Shown one piece after another: positions 20,351 through 35,071 of a stretch of DNA of 64,000 nucleotides. Location: positions 64,001-128,000 of the forward strand of contig JBMNJG010000003.1 of NCBI GenBank assembly GCA_050951545.1, read 5' to 3'. Source of the stretch: Limnochordia bacterium (GTDB lineage Bacteria; Bacillota; Limnochordia; DTU080). Below the pieces are notes generated by a model. That model was given only the letters and a program-made list of their open reading frames with translations. It did no database searches and was not told where the DNA came from. Each line of letters opens with the position of its first letter. Within the stretch, counting starts at the first letter, position 1. The position numbers were made by a program, and so were the translations under genes.

Positions 20351-21652
20351 CTACCGCTCACCTTTGAGGAGGGCGTTGATCCGCCGATGTGCATCCTCCA
20401 GAGCCATACGTACCCCAAGGCTACCCTGGACGATTGGGCCCCGAATAGAGCTCAGAATGGACCGGGTTTCCGACGTGTTCTTGCCGATTGGCAAGTGGAA
20501 GCTAGCTGGATCCACAGCTGTTTCGAGCACTGCCGCGATATTGGGCGGTGGATTGTCGATGAAGTCCCTGTAGCGCCGCGCTACGCGCATGTTGGCTGGA
20601 AACCGTGTGGTTACCTGGGCAAACTGACTGATCGCCTCATCAGTACCGATGAGGAACTTGACCCACTCCCACGCCAGTTCCGGATGCTTCGTGGATTCGA
20701 CAATCTGGAATCCATTCTGAGCCACGTAAGCCCCCCGATTAGCCGGGCCCTTCGGCTGGGGCGCCACGTCGACCCTTACTCCAGCCGCTTGCATGGACTC
20801 AATAGCGGTAGGGCCACTCACCAATGACATCGCTGCAATGCGCTTTGTCATGCCGTCCCAGCCATTGTAGATAACCCCATGGGTCAGGTACAAGTCAGCG
20901 TACCATTGCATGGCCCTCTCCACTGCGGGTTCGTTGAGTCTGCTTTCTGTGGGATCTACATAGCGATCATAGAGCGTCCCACCCGCCTGACGGACAAAGG
21001 CCATATGATCCCACATGCCCGACCCCCCGCCAATGCCCCAGAAGTCCACAACGCCATCACGATTGGTATCGCGGGTCAGTTTCTTGGCCGCCTGTAGCAT
21101 CGTATCCCAGGTCCAGTTCTCTCCCAGCTCGCTGGGCGTAAGCAGACCCGCATCCGCAAAGAAATCTACATCGTAGTATGTGGAAGCCGGGTACACATCA
21201 GCAGGGAAACCCCACATTGCGCCATCAGAGGCCGTCATGGCCTGTATAGCAATCGGAGCATAGTGGTTGAGATTGAGTTGTCGATCACGAGCAAAGAACG
21301 GACGCAGATCGAGAAAATGCCCGTCAGCAGCGAGCGTCCCACCATATACGAGGGCAAACTCGGTGATATCCGGCGCCACGCCTCCGGCCACCATGGTCAT
21401 GAACTTGGATACGCCCGAACCTACCACAAGGTCGATCTTGATATCAGGATTGGCCCGTTCGAACGCCAAGGCCTGACTGCGCACAAACTCCTGCCACGGC
21501 TCACCGTGGTTCGGATAGGTCAAGTGAGTGAGCACCGTTTTCCCATTAGCTACCCAACTAAACAGACTGACGATAACCGCGCCAATGAATAGTCCCTTGT
21601 TCAATCTTTTCCACATTACTCTTTGGCCTCCCCACAGTGTCTTCATGCTCAA
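20351..21652 (-). CDS. Carbohydrate ABC transporter substrate-binding protein
   Basis: Paralogue of 2238..3500 (AGGVAPDI, WTWD, DTNRDG, LAWEWVKFL); true start may be M13. Confidence 0.88.
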   Translation of the reverse strand: MSMKTLWGGQRVMWKRLNKGLFIGAVIVSLFSWVANGKTVLTHLTYPNHGEPWQEFVRSQALAFERANPDIKIDLVVGSGVSKFMTMVAGGVAPDITEFALVYGGTLAADGHFLDLRPFFARDRQLNLNHYAPIAIQAMTASDGAMWGFPADVYPASTYYDVDFFADAGLLTPSELGENWTWDTMLQAAKKLTRDTNRDGVVDFWGIGGGSGMWDHMAFVRQAGGTLYDRYVDPTESRLNEPAVERAMQWYADLYLTHGVIYNGWDGMTKRIAAMSLVSGPTAIESMQAAGVRVDVAPQPKGPANRGAYVAQNGFQIVESTKHPELAWEWVKFLIGTDEAISQFAQVTTRFPANMRVARRYRDFIDNPPPNIAAVLETAVDPASFHLPIGKNTSETRSILSSIRGPIVQGSLGVRMALEDAHRRINALLKGER

Positions 21653-21989
21653 TGCATTTCACATCAAGTTGCGTTTCCCCTGCATACACATTCCATGTAC
21701 TGACAGAACAAGCAGATGAACCCCCTTGGCGGTTCTAATCCAGCATGAGAGCCCAGCGAAGGTCCCGTCACTGCACTTTTCCCACTGGCGTTGACTCGGA
21801 AGGTTCCTGCGGCGACCTCTATCGAACGATCGAGGAGTGCCACGGAGCAACATCGATACTGCAACCCCGACGAAGCGCACAGCGCTAGTCATGGTGCATA
21901 GCGCCGAACGGTCGTCGGACGTCTAGTCAACGCTTGACGATAGGCTGTAGCTGTAACCATCAGAACGCTGTAATGGGGTGAATTGCTGC

Positions 21990-22405
21990 CACGGCGCCGT
22001 TATCCGCTTGCTGTCGGTGAGAGCGATGTCAAAATGGCCCCGTGTGCTGCCACCCCTCTACCGCAAGTGCTTACGAGATCTCGGCCGACTATCCAGGTGT
22101 GGCCATGAAACGCATCGACAAGCACCTGGGATGACATCCACCAGGTGGGCCAAATCGCCGCCGAAGAGGTTGTTAGGCTGCTCACCATGGGGCTCAGGAA
22201 AACACGGCCGCAGCTCGGGATAACCCTCAAGTAGCGCCTTGGGATAACTACCTGCCAACGTCAGCCATGCTCTACGAAGGTGGACACGAAGCGACCAGCT
22301 GCTGGGAGTACGGCCTCCCGGCCAACTTTGCGGAAGGTATTGAAGAAGTGATAGCGGCCGCGCCTCGCTCAGTGCAAGGCGTTTTGGACACTTTGCAGGC
22401 AATCG
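21990..22405 (+). pseudogene. Decayed neutral/alkaline ceramidase-like gene fragment
   Basis: Mixed-frame peptides ISADYPGVAMKRI and YLPTSAMLYEGGHEATSCWEYGLPANFAEGIEEVI, separated by stops and deletions. Confidence 0.5.
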
Positions 22406-22408
22406 GCT

Positions 22409-22834
22409 TTACTGAGGAAATGGATTACGATAATTGACGCCCTCAATAGACGCGCTCCCCGGAAGATCCTCACTCAGGATGAGCTCTATCTGGTTGAGGT
22501 GGGCCACGGCCCATACCTGGGCGTCCCAAAATGACATGCGATACGTGACAACTGCCCGTGCCGCCTCTCTTACCACCGCTGCTGTGACTGGTACTACCTC
22601 AACGCATTGTCTCAGTCGATCTATAGTGGTTAAGGCTTGCTCTAACGACAGCGGCTCAGGGATCTTCTGTGTGACCACCACGAAGAACTCGGCCAGGACC
22701 TGGGCTGAACAAACCGCTTGCTGGCTAGTGATCAAGTCGTCGAGTAGCCTGGCGGAAATCTGCTGCTTCGCCGGCCACTCCCGATCGTACGCGTAGACCA
22801 GGACATTCGTATCTACAAAGATCCTAGGAACCAT
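22409..22834 (-). CDS. PIN-domain (VapC-type) toxin
   Basis: FVDTNVLVY, QVLAEF, SFWDA, LSED; start at MVPRIF. Confidence 0.88.
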   Translation of the reverse strand: MVPRIFVDTNVLVYAYDREWPAKQQISARLLDDLITSQQAVCSAQVLAEFFVVVTQKIPEPLSLEQALTTIDRLRQCVEVVPVTAAVVREAARAVVTYRMSFWDAQVWAVAHLNQIELILSEDLPGSASIEGVNYRNPFPQ

Positions 22835-23111
22835 AGAGATCGCTCCGCCGCCAGCGGCGAGCCCCCTCTCGAGTGCCTGAGCTTCCACCCACCCCGCTTC
22901 TACTCCGTTGACGGATGAAGGCCAACTCCTCTTGCCAGACCGCTTGGTTCGGTCCCGTACGCGGGCCAACACCTCTTCCGAGGCGTGCATCTAGCGCGGC
23001 GCGCACCACCTCGCCTTCGCTAACCCGATACTTGGCGGCGGTTTCTTTGAGCATGACGTCCTGTTGAGATGTAATATACAGCTGCTTCCGTTTCATTCTG
23101 GCGTCCTCCAT
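22824..23111 (-). CDS. Ribbon-helix-helix (CopG/VapB-type) antitoxin
   Basis: MKRKQLYIT...SEGEVVRAAL, ends WRRSDLY; overlaps toxin start. Confidence 0.82.
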   Translation of the reverse strand: MEDARMKRKQLYITSQQDVMLKETAAKYRVSEGEVVRAALDARLGRGVGPRTGPNQAVWQEELAFIRQRSRSGVGGSSGTREGARRWRRSDLYGS

Positions 23112-23303
23112 AATACACCTCCTACATCGGAGTATACATCGCCGATTCGGATCATTCAAGGAGCCGTAGCAAAAGCCAACGCCCCACACTGAGAGGTTTT
23201 CGGCACGCGACGCCGAAGAGCGCGTCTTGCAGTTTGGACCAAGCATTAGAATACCGAACCATAGAGCCGATGTGAAGCACCAACCCGACTAGGAGGAGGA
23301 AAA

Positions 23304-24557
23304 GTGAAAAAACTCTGGAGCGCGTTACTTCTCGTGGCATGCCTAGCAACAAGCGGCCTAGGGTACACGGTGTGCGCGCCAAGCAAGTCGCCCTGACCTA
23401 CTGGGAAACAGATGTACCCGAGCGAATGGCCGCGGCAGCCGAGATTGTTGCCGAGTTTGAGAAGCAAAACTCGGGTATCCGAGTAGACCTGCAACCTCTC
23501 TCAAATACGGGACGCACCGACAAGCTGGTGACTGCAGTGATAGGTGGTCTAGGCCCCGATGTGGTCTCGTGGTGGGGCGCGGAGTTCAAGCACTTAGCCA
23601 TAGAGGGAATGTGGCTTGATATCGATCCGTATGTCAAGCGCAGCATGACCAGGACTGATCTTAACGACTTTTTCCCTAATCAGATGGCCTATTTCCGCCT
23701 AGGGAACGTGCCGTATGCACTACCTCAGTACGCTGGCACCGTGACCACCCTGGCCAACAAGACGTTGTTTGACGAGGCTAGTGTTACGCTACCCCCCAGC
23801 GACTGGGCCATTGACGACTTTGTAAAAACAGGGCGGAAGCTCACGGCCGACCTCACAGGCAATGGAATACCTGACAAATACGGCTTTGTCTTTCTGCGTT
23901 TTCAAGACCGTCTGGGCATGTCCATTAAGCGCGCCAGGGGCTCTTTGCTCCAGAATAACGACATGCGAACGTTCGGCCTTGATACGCCTCAATCAATTGC
24001 TGCCCTGGAGTGGCTCCAGGACTTGGTTCACAAGGAAAGAATCGCCCCTCAGGGTACCGAAGCAAGATGGCGCATTCAGGCTGGCAACGTGGATACGCTC
24101 ATAACAAAGGGGGCCATGGCAAGTGTCGCAAGCCAAGCTTTACGAAGTGCCATTTGAACTTGCCGTGATTGAGTCGCCCCGGGGCCCGTTGGGGCCAGTA
24201 TCATACCTAAGCTCCGACGGATACGCGATTACATCCACAACCAGGCATCCCGATGAAGCCTATAAGCTCCTTGAGTTTTTGGCCAGCCGCTACGCCATGA
24301 CCGTAAGAGCCAATGTAGCCGGGCTACAGCCTTCTCGCCGATCGGTGGCTCAGTACTGGCTCGACACATTCCCGCGGCAATTCCCGAGCTTGGCCAAAGT
24401 GAGTTGGACAACCTTCTTCAGGGCTACTGAGTATGCAGAACCAGAACCCTATTTCCACAACTACAGCGAGGTCTGGGCTCTGTTGATGCCTGCCCTCAAC
24501 AGAATTTGGAGCGGTGCACCAGCGCGTACGACCATTGACGGGGTGTCGGGGGCTATA
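23304..24557 (+). pseudogene. Sugar ABC substrate-binding protein, frameshifted twice and interrupted by IS21
   Basis: GTG start after AGGAGGAGG gives signal peptide MKKLWSALLLVACLA; shifts near 23375 and 24125; last codons (RTILSK*) lie at 27015-27035 beyond the IS. Confidence 0.8.
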
Positions 24558-24670
24558 TGTTTTTGATAGCCTCAAGTAGGGCCAAATGATCATCGAGAAT
24601 GAGGCCACCAAAATTATCCAATTCCCTGTATGCTTGAGTTGCGAAACAGAGCATACGGGGGGAAACTGGA

Positions 24671-26188
24671 GTGGTTAAGGTGGCCAAGGTTAAGGATATC
24701 ATTCATCTCTACGAACGGGAAGACTGGTCCAAGCGAAAGATTGCGAAGCATTTCGGGATTTCGAGGGGGACAGTGGATCGCGTGGTGGCCAACCCCGACA
24801 GATATCTGCCAAAGTCGGAGCCTGTCGATCGCACGTCGTCAAAGATGACCACCCAGATCATGGCCTTCATCGATGGCATCATCGAGAGCGACAAGAAGAT
24901 CAACCGTAAGCAGCGCCATACGAGCAGGCGGATATGGGAAAGGGTCATTGAGGAGTTCGGCGAGGACAGCTCGCCGGCAGAGTCGACGGTACGGCGGTAT
25001 GTGGGTAAGGTTAAGAAGCGCAATCCCGAGCCGTTCATCCCCCTGGGCTTCGTTGCGGGGCAGAGCATGCAAGGGGATTTTGGAGAGGTCACGGTAAAGA
25101 TCGACGGTGAGAAGTGCAGAGTCTATTTCTGGGCACAACGCTTGAGTTACAGCAGAGCCACATGCGTCGGCGTATACTCCCGAGCGACTCAGGAGTGCTT
25201 TCTGGACGGCCAGCAACGGGCGCTGCAGTTCTTCGATGGCGTCCCGGTGATGCATATCATCGACAATCTGAAGGCCGCTATCAAGAGTGGCTTAGGCAGA
25301 AACGCCGTTGAGACCGAGCGCTACGATGCCTTTCAGACTCACTACGGCTTTCGTACGGAGGCCTGCAACGGAGCATCAGGTAACGAAAAAGGCCAGGTAG
25401 AAAGCCTTGTGGGGTTCATCCAGAGAAACTGGTTCTCCGGATTGCCTGAGTTCAATGCCTGGGAAGAGCTGATCGCGTATGTGGACACGCAAAACGTGCG
25501 TTACCTAAAGCGTCACCACCCGGAGGAGCGAGGGCGTACGGTGGGCGAGCTCCTCGAAGAGGAACGCCGCGTCTTACGAGCGCTTCCACCACCTTTCCGG
25601 TGCTGCAAAGAGGGCCCGGTAACGGCTTCGAAGACCAGCCTCGTGACATATGACACAAACCAGTATTCTGTTCCGACGGAGAAACGACTGGAAGCGCTGA
25701 CTCTTAGGGCCTATCCTTGGCATGTCGAAGTCCTCTGTGACCACCAGGTGATCGCAACGCACGTCAGGTCATACGTAAAGCGGACCGTCTCCTTTGAACT
25801 ATCGCATTACCTGACGGCATTACTGCGCAAACCCCGTGCTCTGCCGTTTGCGAAGCCATTCCAGCGGGCTTGCCTCGAACCCATCATGCGGCAGCTCTAT
25901 GATCGTCTGCTTGAGGTGGACCCTGATCGCGCTAATCGTCGCTGGATAGAGATTGCCATCTGGGGTATGGAGTTGGACCCGGCCAGGTTCTACAGAACTA
26001 TTGAGCAGGCACTTAAGCTGGACCGATTTGATATGGAGAGCCTCCGTTACCTCCACACCCAGTTGGATTTGGAGCCGGGTCAGCCCAAGTCAGAACCGGC
26101 GAAGGTTGAGGATCGCCTGAGCTTCCCAATCGTACACGAATCGATCAATCGCTTCTCAGAGCTTCTTTCGGGGGGCATGGGCCTGTGA
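24671..26188 (+). CDS. istA: IS21 transposase IstA
   Basis: HTH, KQRHTSRRI, QGDFG, DNLK, NEKGQVE DDE motifs. Confidence 0.95.
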   Translation: MVKVAKVKDIIHLYEREDWSKRKIAKHFGISRGTVDRVVANPDRYLPKSEPVDRTSSKMTTQIMAFIDGIIESDKKINRKQRHTSRRIWERVIEEFGEDSSPAESTVRRYVGKVKKRNPEPFIPLGFVAGQSMQGDFGEVTVKIDGEKCRVYFWAQRLSYSRATCVGVYSRATQECFLDGQQRALQFFDGVPVMHIIDNLKAAIKSGLGRNAVETERYDAFQTHYGFRTEACNGASGNEKGQVESLVGFIQRNWFSGLPEFNAWEELIAYVDTQNVRYLKRHHPEERGRTVGELLEEERRVLRALPPPFRCCKEGPVTASKTSLVTYDTNQYSVPTEKRLEALTLRAYPWHVEVLCDHQVIATHVRSYVKRTVSFELSHYLTALLRKPRALPFAKPFQRACLEPIMRQLYDRLLEVDPDRANRRWIEIAIWGMELDPARFYRTIEQALKLDRFDMESLRYLHTQLDLEPGQPKSEPAKVEDRLSFPIVHESINRFSELLSGGMGL

Positions 26189-26949
26189 GTACAGAAGTGA
26201 TACCTTCTTACCTCAAGACGCTTGGACTACCCGGTATTGCCCGTTCTTATGAGAAACTAGCCGCTCAGGCCCGGCGCGACCAGTGTGGATACGAAGAGTT
26301 CCTGCAGAGCCTTTTGCAGGAGGAGTTGCAGAATCGCAAAGTGAGCCGTGTTCGGACGCTCCTCAAATCGGCACGATTCCCTCTGCTGAAGCAGCTAGAC
26401 ACGTTTGAGTTCGACGAAATCCCTTCTCTCAACCGACAAGTGGTGAAGGAGCTCGCCAGGAATCACTACATCCCCGCTAAGGAAAATGTCCTGATCTGTG
26501 GCAACAGCGGCACGGGAAAGACACATGTCGCCACCGCGTTAGGCATATCAGCCTGCGAAGCTGGGTACCGGGTCCGTTTCACCACAACGCAAGCGCTGGC
26601 AAACGACCTGCTTGCAGCCAGGGAGGAGCATTCGCTCAACCGGTACGAGAAGCAGTGGTCGAGGATCGATTTGGCGATCATCGACGAGCTGGGGTACTTA
26701 CCATTCGATGCGACTACGGCCCAACTCCTATTCCAGTTCATCTCCGCCCGCTACGAACTCGGGAGCATCATGATCACGACCAATCTCGAGTTTGCTCAGT
26801 GGACGGAAGTCTTCGGTGACGAGCGCATGACGATTGCCCTGCTCGACAGGCTGACCCATCGTGCACACATCCTACTCATGAACGGAGAAAGCTATCGGTT
26901 CAAGAACAACCGGCGCGCCAGCCAAGGAGGTGATGCGCCGAGCGCGTAA
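26185..26949 (+). CDS. istB: IS21 helper ATPase IstB
   Basis: GNSGTGKT Walker A, IIDELGY, LLDRLTH. Confidence 0.95.
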   Translation: MSTEVIPSYLKTLGLPGIARSYEKLAAQARRDQCGYEEFLQSLLQEELQNRKVSRVRTLLKSARFPLLKQLDTFEFDEIPSLNRQVVKELARNHYIPAKENVLICGNSGTGKTHVATALGISACEAGYRVRFTTTQALANDLLAAREEHSLNRYEKQWSRIDLAIIDELGYLPFDATTAQLLFQFISARYELGSIMITTNLEFAQWTEVFGDERMTIALLDRLTHRAHILLMNGESYRFKNNRRASQGGDAPSA

Positions 26950-27039
26950 CCCCGACAGGGTGGCTCTATTCTGGTGATCAAATGGCCTCATTCTCGATTG
27001 ACAAACACACTATACGAACCATACTGAGCAAATAGCACC

Positions 27040-27300
27040 TCGCAAAGGCTCAGCTGTGGCACCGGTTGCCCAGGGGCAACCCTGTGAGCTGCAGAGAAAG
27101 CAAACGTCCCGCACTTGGCGGGACGTCTAAGGGTTTGCCGCCAGCGAGCTACTCTCCCGCGCCTTCAGCTGGCCTTTGCTTCGCAAAGGCTCAGCTGTGG
27201 CACCGGTTGCCCAGGGGCAACCCTGTGAGCTGCAGCAAAAGCAAACGTCCCGCACTTGGCGGGACGTCTAAGGGTTTTGCCGGCAGCGAGCTACTCTCCC
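27040..27300. repeat. Tandem ~119-bp direct repeat (27040-27158, 27181-27300) containing the rrn terminator hairpin and the last ~22 nt of 5S rRNA
   Basis: Copies differ at about 4 positions; each contains ACGTCCCGC-ACTTG-GCGGGACGT. Confidence 0.9.
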
Positions 27301-27396
27301 ACAGGGTTGCCCCTGCAGTACCATCACCGCTGGAGGGCTTAACTGCCGTGTTCGGGATGGGAACGGGTGGGTCCCCTCCGCCATTGCCACCGACAA
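27278..27396 (-). rRNA. rrf: 5S ribosomal RNA
   Basis: CCCATCCCGAACACGGCAGTTAAGC...GATGGTACTG...GGGAGAGTAG on minus strand. Confidence 0.95.
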
Positions 27397-27473
27397 AGTC
27401 TCCAGGTGCTGTGCACCCTCACAACTGCACAGAAGATAAGATGACGATTGCTGCCTGAGAGCTTACTACTTTT

Positions 27474-30458
<2,985 letters not shown>

Positions 30459-30675
30459 GATTAAGCCCGCGTGTGCTCTTTTGAGCCACGCTAGGTTTGT
30501 AAGTCTCCTCAGGCAACTAGGAGTCGCCATGATGGTCGAGGGACCATCAAACGATCTCCATACACACCTCACCGCGTCGATGTCAGTCGCGGCAGGTGTG
30601 CGTATCGTCACCTTTTCTCCTCTGTGCAGTTGTCAAGGTGCATACCAACGTGCCTTTCTGTTGAAAGACCACGTC

Positions 30676-30752
30676 TGGTGGGCTTAGGTGGATTCGAACC
30701 ACCGACCTCACCCTTATCAGGGGTGCGCTCTAGCCACCTGAGCTATAAGCCC
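30676..30752 (-). tRNA. tRNA-Ile(GAT), sole spacer tRNA
   Basis: GGGCTTATAGCTCAGG...CCCTGATAAGGG...GGTTCGAATCC...CCA. Confidence 0.97.
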
Positions 30753-30874
30753 TCAGAAATCGCCCAGAACAGAACAACAGCTTCCGAGAAGCTGTTGTGC
30801 CAGTCCCTGGCAACTAAACAGCGTACATCAGCAAGGGCCGACCTAGGAGTAGCCAAGACTGACCGCCTTGGCAT

Positions 30875-32394
<1,520 letters not shown>

Positions 32395-32643
32395 CTGGTA
32401 TCATTACGGTGCTAGGCACCGGAATAATCTTGGATGCTTACCTGGCTTCTTCGAAATTACTCGTAGAAGCTCGCACCTCTCAGAGTTGCTACTCCGAGAA
32501 GTGTTCATAGGTTTCTCAAGCTCGCAACCAATCCATTACGATCGGCGCTCGCTTTCCCTTGCTTCTTTTTGCACGCTGTTTAGTTGTCAAGGACCGACTC
32601 TCTTTGCGTTGGGTCCAGGTTAGTGGCCCACGCAGCAAGGTTA

Positions 32644-32761
32644 ATCATATACTCTTTTCCATCCTGAGTCAAGCATCATTTCGACCCGCCAGCCGTTTTC
32701 GTATAGAGACTTGCTTGGACGGACAAAACGAAGTATACCACCGCCTTGTACCCGTCGTCAA
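32644..32761 (-). promoter_or_regulatory. Tandem sigmaA promoters P1/P2 of the rRNA operon
   Basis: TTGACG-N18-TATACT with TG extension (32732-32761) and TTGACT-N17-TATGAT (32644-32672). Confidence 0.75.
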
Positions 32762-33054
32762 CACATACCGATTGCGATCTCACCGGACTGTAACAATGTC
32801 ACGCCATGGCGAAAGTTGTCCAAGCGAAGCTCACCGCGTCACAGGCGGCCAGCGTGCTGGCCGCCCTTAGGTATCTTTTCATAGGATAGCGGCACACAGT
32901 GCCTGGTTCGAGCAGAGCCCAAAAAAGCCCATAGGAATGGTTTGAGGTCTGTCCGACTGGCGCCAAGGCAACGCATCCCCACCCAGTGTCCTGGTACTGT
33001 GGTACAATAGGGCAGACTCTGGGTTCTACCCTATCTCTGTCTTGGAGGACACAC

Positions 33055-35058
33055 ATGGCGCGCAAGAAACGTCGCTCTGGCAGAGGTCGCGCTATACTGC
33101 TTCTTTTTCTCCTGTCCATCGCCATTGGCGCTGCTGCTGGGGCACTAGCTGGCTATGTGGGAAGTGCGCCCACTCTTGCCGAAGTCACCTTCAATCCGAA
33201 ACTGACTACCTATCTATACGATGCTCAGGGTAGAGTCTTGACGCGCCTGTTCAAGGAGAATCGCGATGCAGTGCGCTTGGCCCAAATACCTCTCCACATG
33301 CGCCAAGCGGTGATCGCTGTGGAAGACAGTCGCTTCTACACGCACTATGGTGTAAACCTGCGAGGCATCGTCCGGGCATTCTTTGTCAATGCCCGTGCTG
33401 GTGAGATTCGTCAAGGAGGAAGCACGCTAACACAGCAACTGGCCAAAAACGCTTTCCTCTCTCATGAGCGCACCCTCTCACGCAAACTCCGTGAACTCCT
33501 ATGGGCAATTCAGATCGAGCGCCGCTATTCCAAGGACGAAATCTTGGAAGCCTATCTTAATGAAGTCTGGTTCGGACATGGCGCGTATGGCGTTGAGGCT
33601 GCTGCGCAAATGTACTTCGGAAAGCACAGCAGCAACCTCACCCTCCCGGAATCGGCGTTTCTGGCCGGAGTGATCAACGGCCCTAGCGTGTTTTCCCCTT
33701 TTGCAGATCGCGAGGCTGCGGTACGTCGGCGCAACTTTGTGCTCAATCGAATGCGCGCTCTCAACTACATTACCGCCGAAGATGCGGCGGCCGCCGCCCA
33801 GTCTCCATTGCGCACCCTGCCTAGGCAACCTCACCAGACTCAGGCGTCGTACTTCGTTGACTATGTGCTCCAGCAACTGCTCCAACTCTTCGGGGAGCAA
33901 CGCGTGTATACGGGCGGGCTTCGAGTCTATACCACACTCGATCTTACTATGCAGCAAGCAGCAGAGAAAGCACTACTGACAGCATTGCCCAAGCTCAAGG
34001 TAGATAGCAATGGCCTGCAACAGCCACAGGGCGCTGTGCTGGCCCTACATCCAGCAACCGGAGCTATCAAGGCCATGGTGGGCGGACGCGGCGACGACAA
34101 GTTCAACCGCGCTGTGCAAGCAGAAAGGCAGCCTGGCTCCGCCATCAAACCCATATTATACGCCGCCGCCTTGGAGGCCGGACATACGCCAGCCACGATG
34201 GTGGAGGATGAGCCACTCACCCTCAAGATGGGCGACGGCAAGACGTGGCAACCGGAAAACTACGATCGCCGCTATCGCGGTAATGTCACCCTTCGAGAGG
34301 GCTTGGAAGAGTCCATCAATATCGTAGCCGTCAAATTGCTGCAGCAGATTGGCCCTCGGGCCGTGGTGGCCTATGGGCAGCGACTTGGCATCTCTACGTT
34401 TGTAGACAAGGGTGGGAAAAACGACCTAAACGCCTCCCTCGCTCTAGGAGGGCTAACTAAGGGTGTCACACCGCTGGAGCTCACCGCCGCCTACGCGCCT
34501 TTTGCCAACGGTGGCGTCTACACGGCACCGTATGCCATCTCCAGAGTCGAGGACCGCGACGGCGTCGTGCTCTACGAGGCCAAGACGGTCACCCGCACCG
34601 CAATGAGTGACGCATTAGCCTTCGTGATGACCGACATGATGAGGGGGGTCATCGAACGCGGTACCGGACGACGAGCAGCCATAGGCCGTCCTGCTGCTGG
34701 CAAAACAGGCACTACCTCGGACTATACGAACGCGTGGTTTACTGGCTACACTCCACAGCTTGTCGCTACCATATGGATCGGCAACGACCTACAACGTGAG
34801 CCGATGACGAGCGCAACTGGCAACATTGGAAGCGCCAAGGCCGCCGAAATTTGGGCCAGCTTCATGAAACAGGCTCTGGCTGGCCACCCCGTCGAGGACT
34901 TCAGGCTGCCTCAGTCGGGCCTGGTCGGCCCGCTGGCCATAGATCGCAGCAACGGTCTTTTGGTGCCGCAGGGCTGTCAGCTGCCATCCACTGCGGTCAC
35001 CCAAGAGTACTTCATCGAGGCCTCTGCGCCACAGGCTATCACTCCGCGATGTCGATGA
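33055..35058 (+). CDS. Class A penicillin-binding protein 1A
   Basis: EDSRFYTH, QGGSTLTQQ, SAIK, SIN, KTG; ATG after GGAGG. Confidence 0.93.
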   Translation: MARKKRRSGRGRAILLLFLLSIAIGAAAGALAGYVGSAPTLAEVTFNPKLTTYLYDAQGRVLTRLFKENRDAVRLAQIPLHMRQAVIAVEDSRFYTHYGVNLRGIVRAFFVNARAGEIRQGGSTLTQQLAKNAFLSHERTLSRKLRELLWAIQIERRYSKDEILEAYLNEVWFGHGAYGVEAAAQMYFGKHSSNLTLPESAFLAGVINGPSVFSPFADREAAVRRRNFVLNRMRALNYITAEDAAAAAQSPLRTLPRQPHQTQASYFVDYVLQQLLQLFGEQRVYTGGLRVYTTLDLTMQQAAEKALLTALPKLKVDSNGLQQPQGAVLALHPATGAIKAMVGGRGDDKFNRAVQAERQPGSAIKPILYAAALEAGHTPATMVEDEPLTLKMGDGKTWQPENYDRRYRGNVTLREGLEESINIVAVKLLQQIGPRAVVAYGQRLGISTFVDKGGKNDLNASLALGGLTKGVTPLELTAAYAPFANGGVYTAPYAISRVEDRDGVVLYEAKTVTRTAMSDALAFVMTDMMRGVIERGTGRRAAIGRPAAGKTGTTSDYTNAWFTGYTPQLVATIWIGNDLQREPMTSATGNIGSAKAAEIWASFMKQALAGHPVEDFRLPQSGLVGPLAIDRSNGLLVPQGCQLPSTAVTQEYFIEASAPQAITPRCR

Positions 35059-35071
35059 TGACCAAGGCAGC

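Larger units (their letters stand above)
24558..27009 (+). mobile_element. IS21-family insertion sequence, apparently intact
   Basis: TGT...ACA ends, subterminal repeats (ATCGAGAATGAGGCC / GGCCTCATTCTCGAT), 5-bp TSD CTATA at 24553-24557 and 27010-27014, istA-istB. Confidence 0.95.

Noticed and set aside
22409-23111. Toxin-antitoxin pair as a novel defence system
   Set aside because: Canonical RHH plus PIN type II module.
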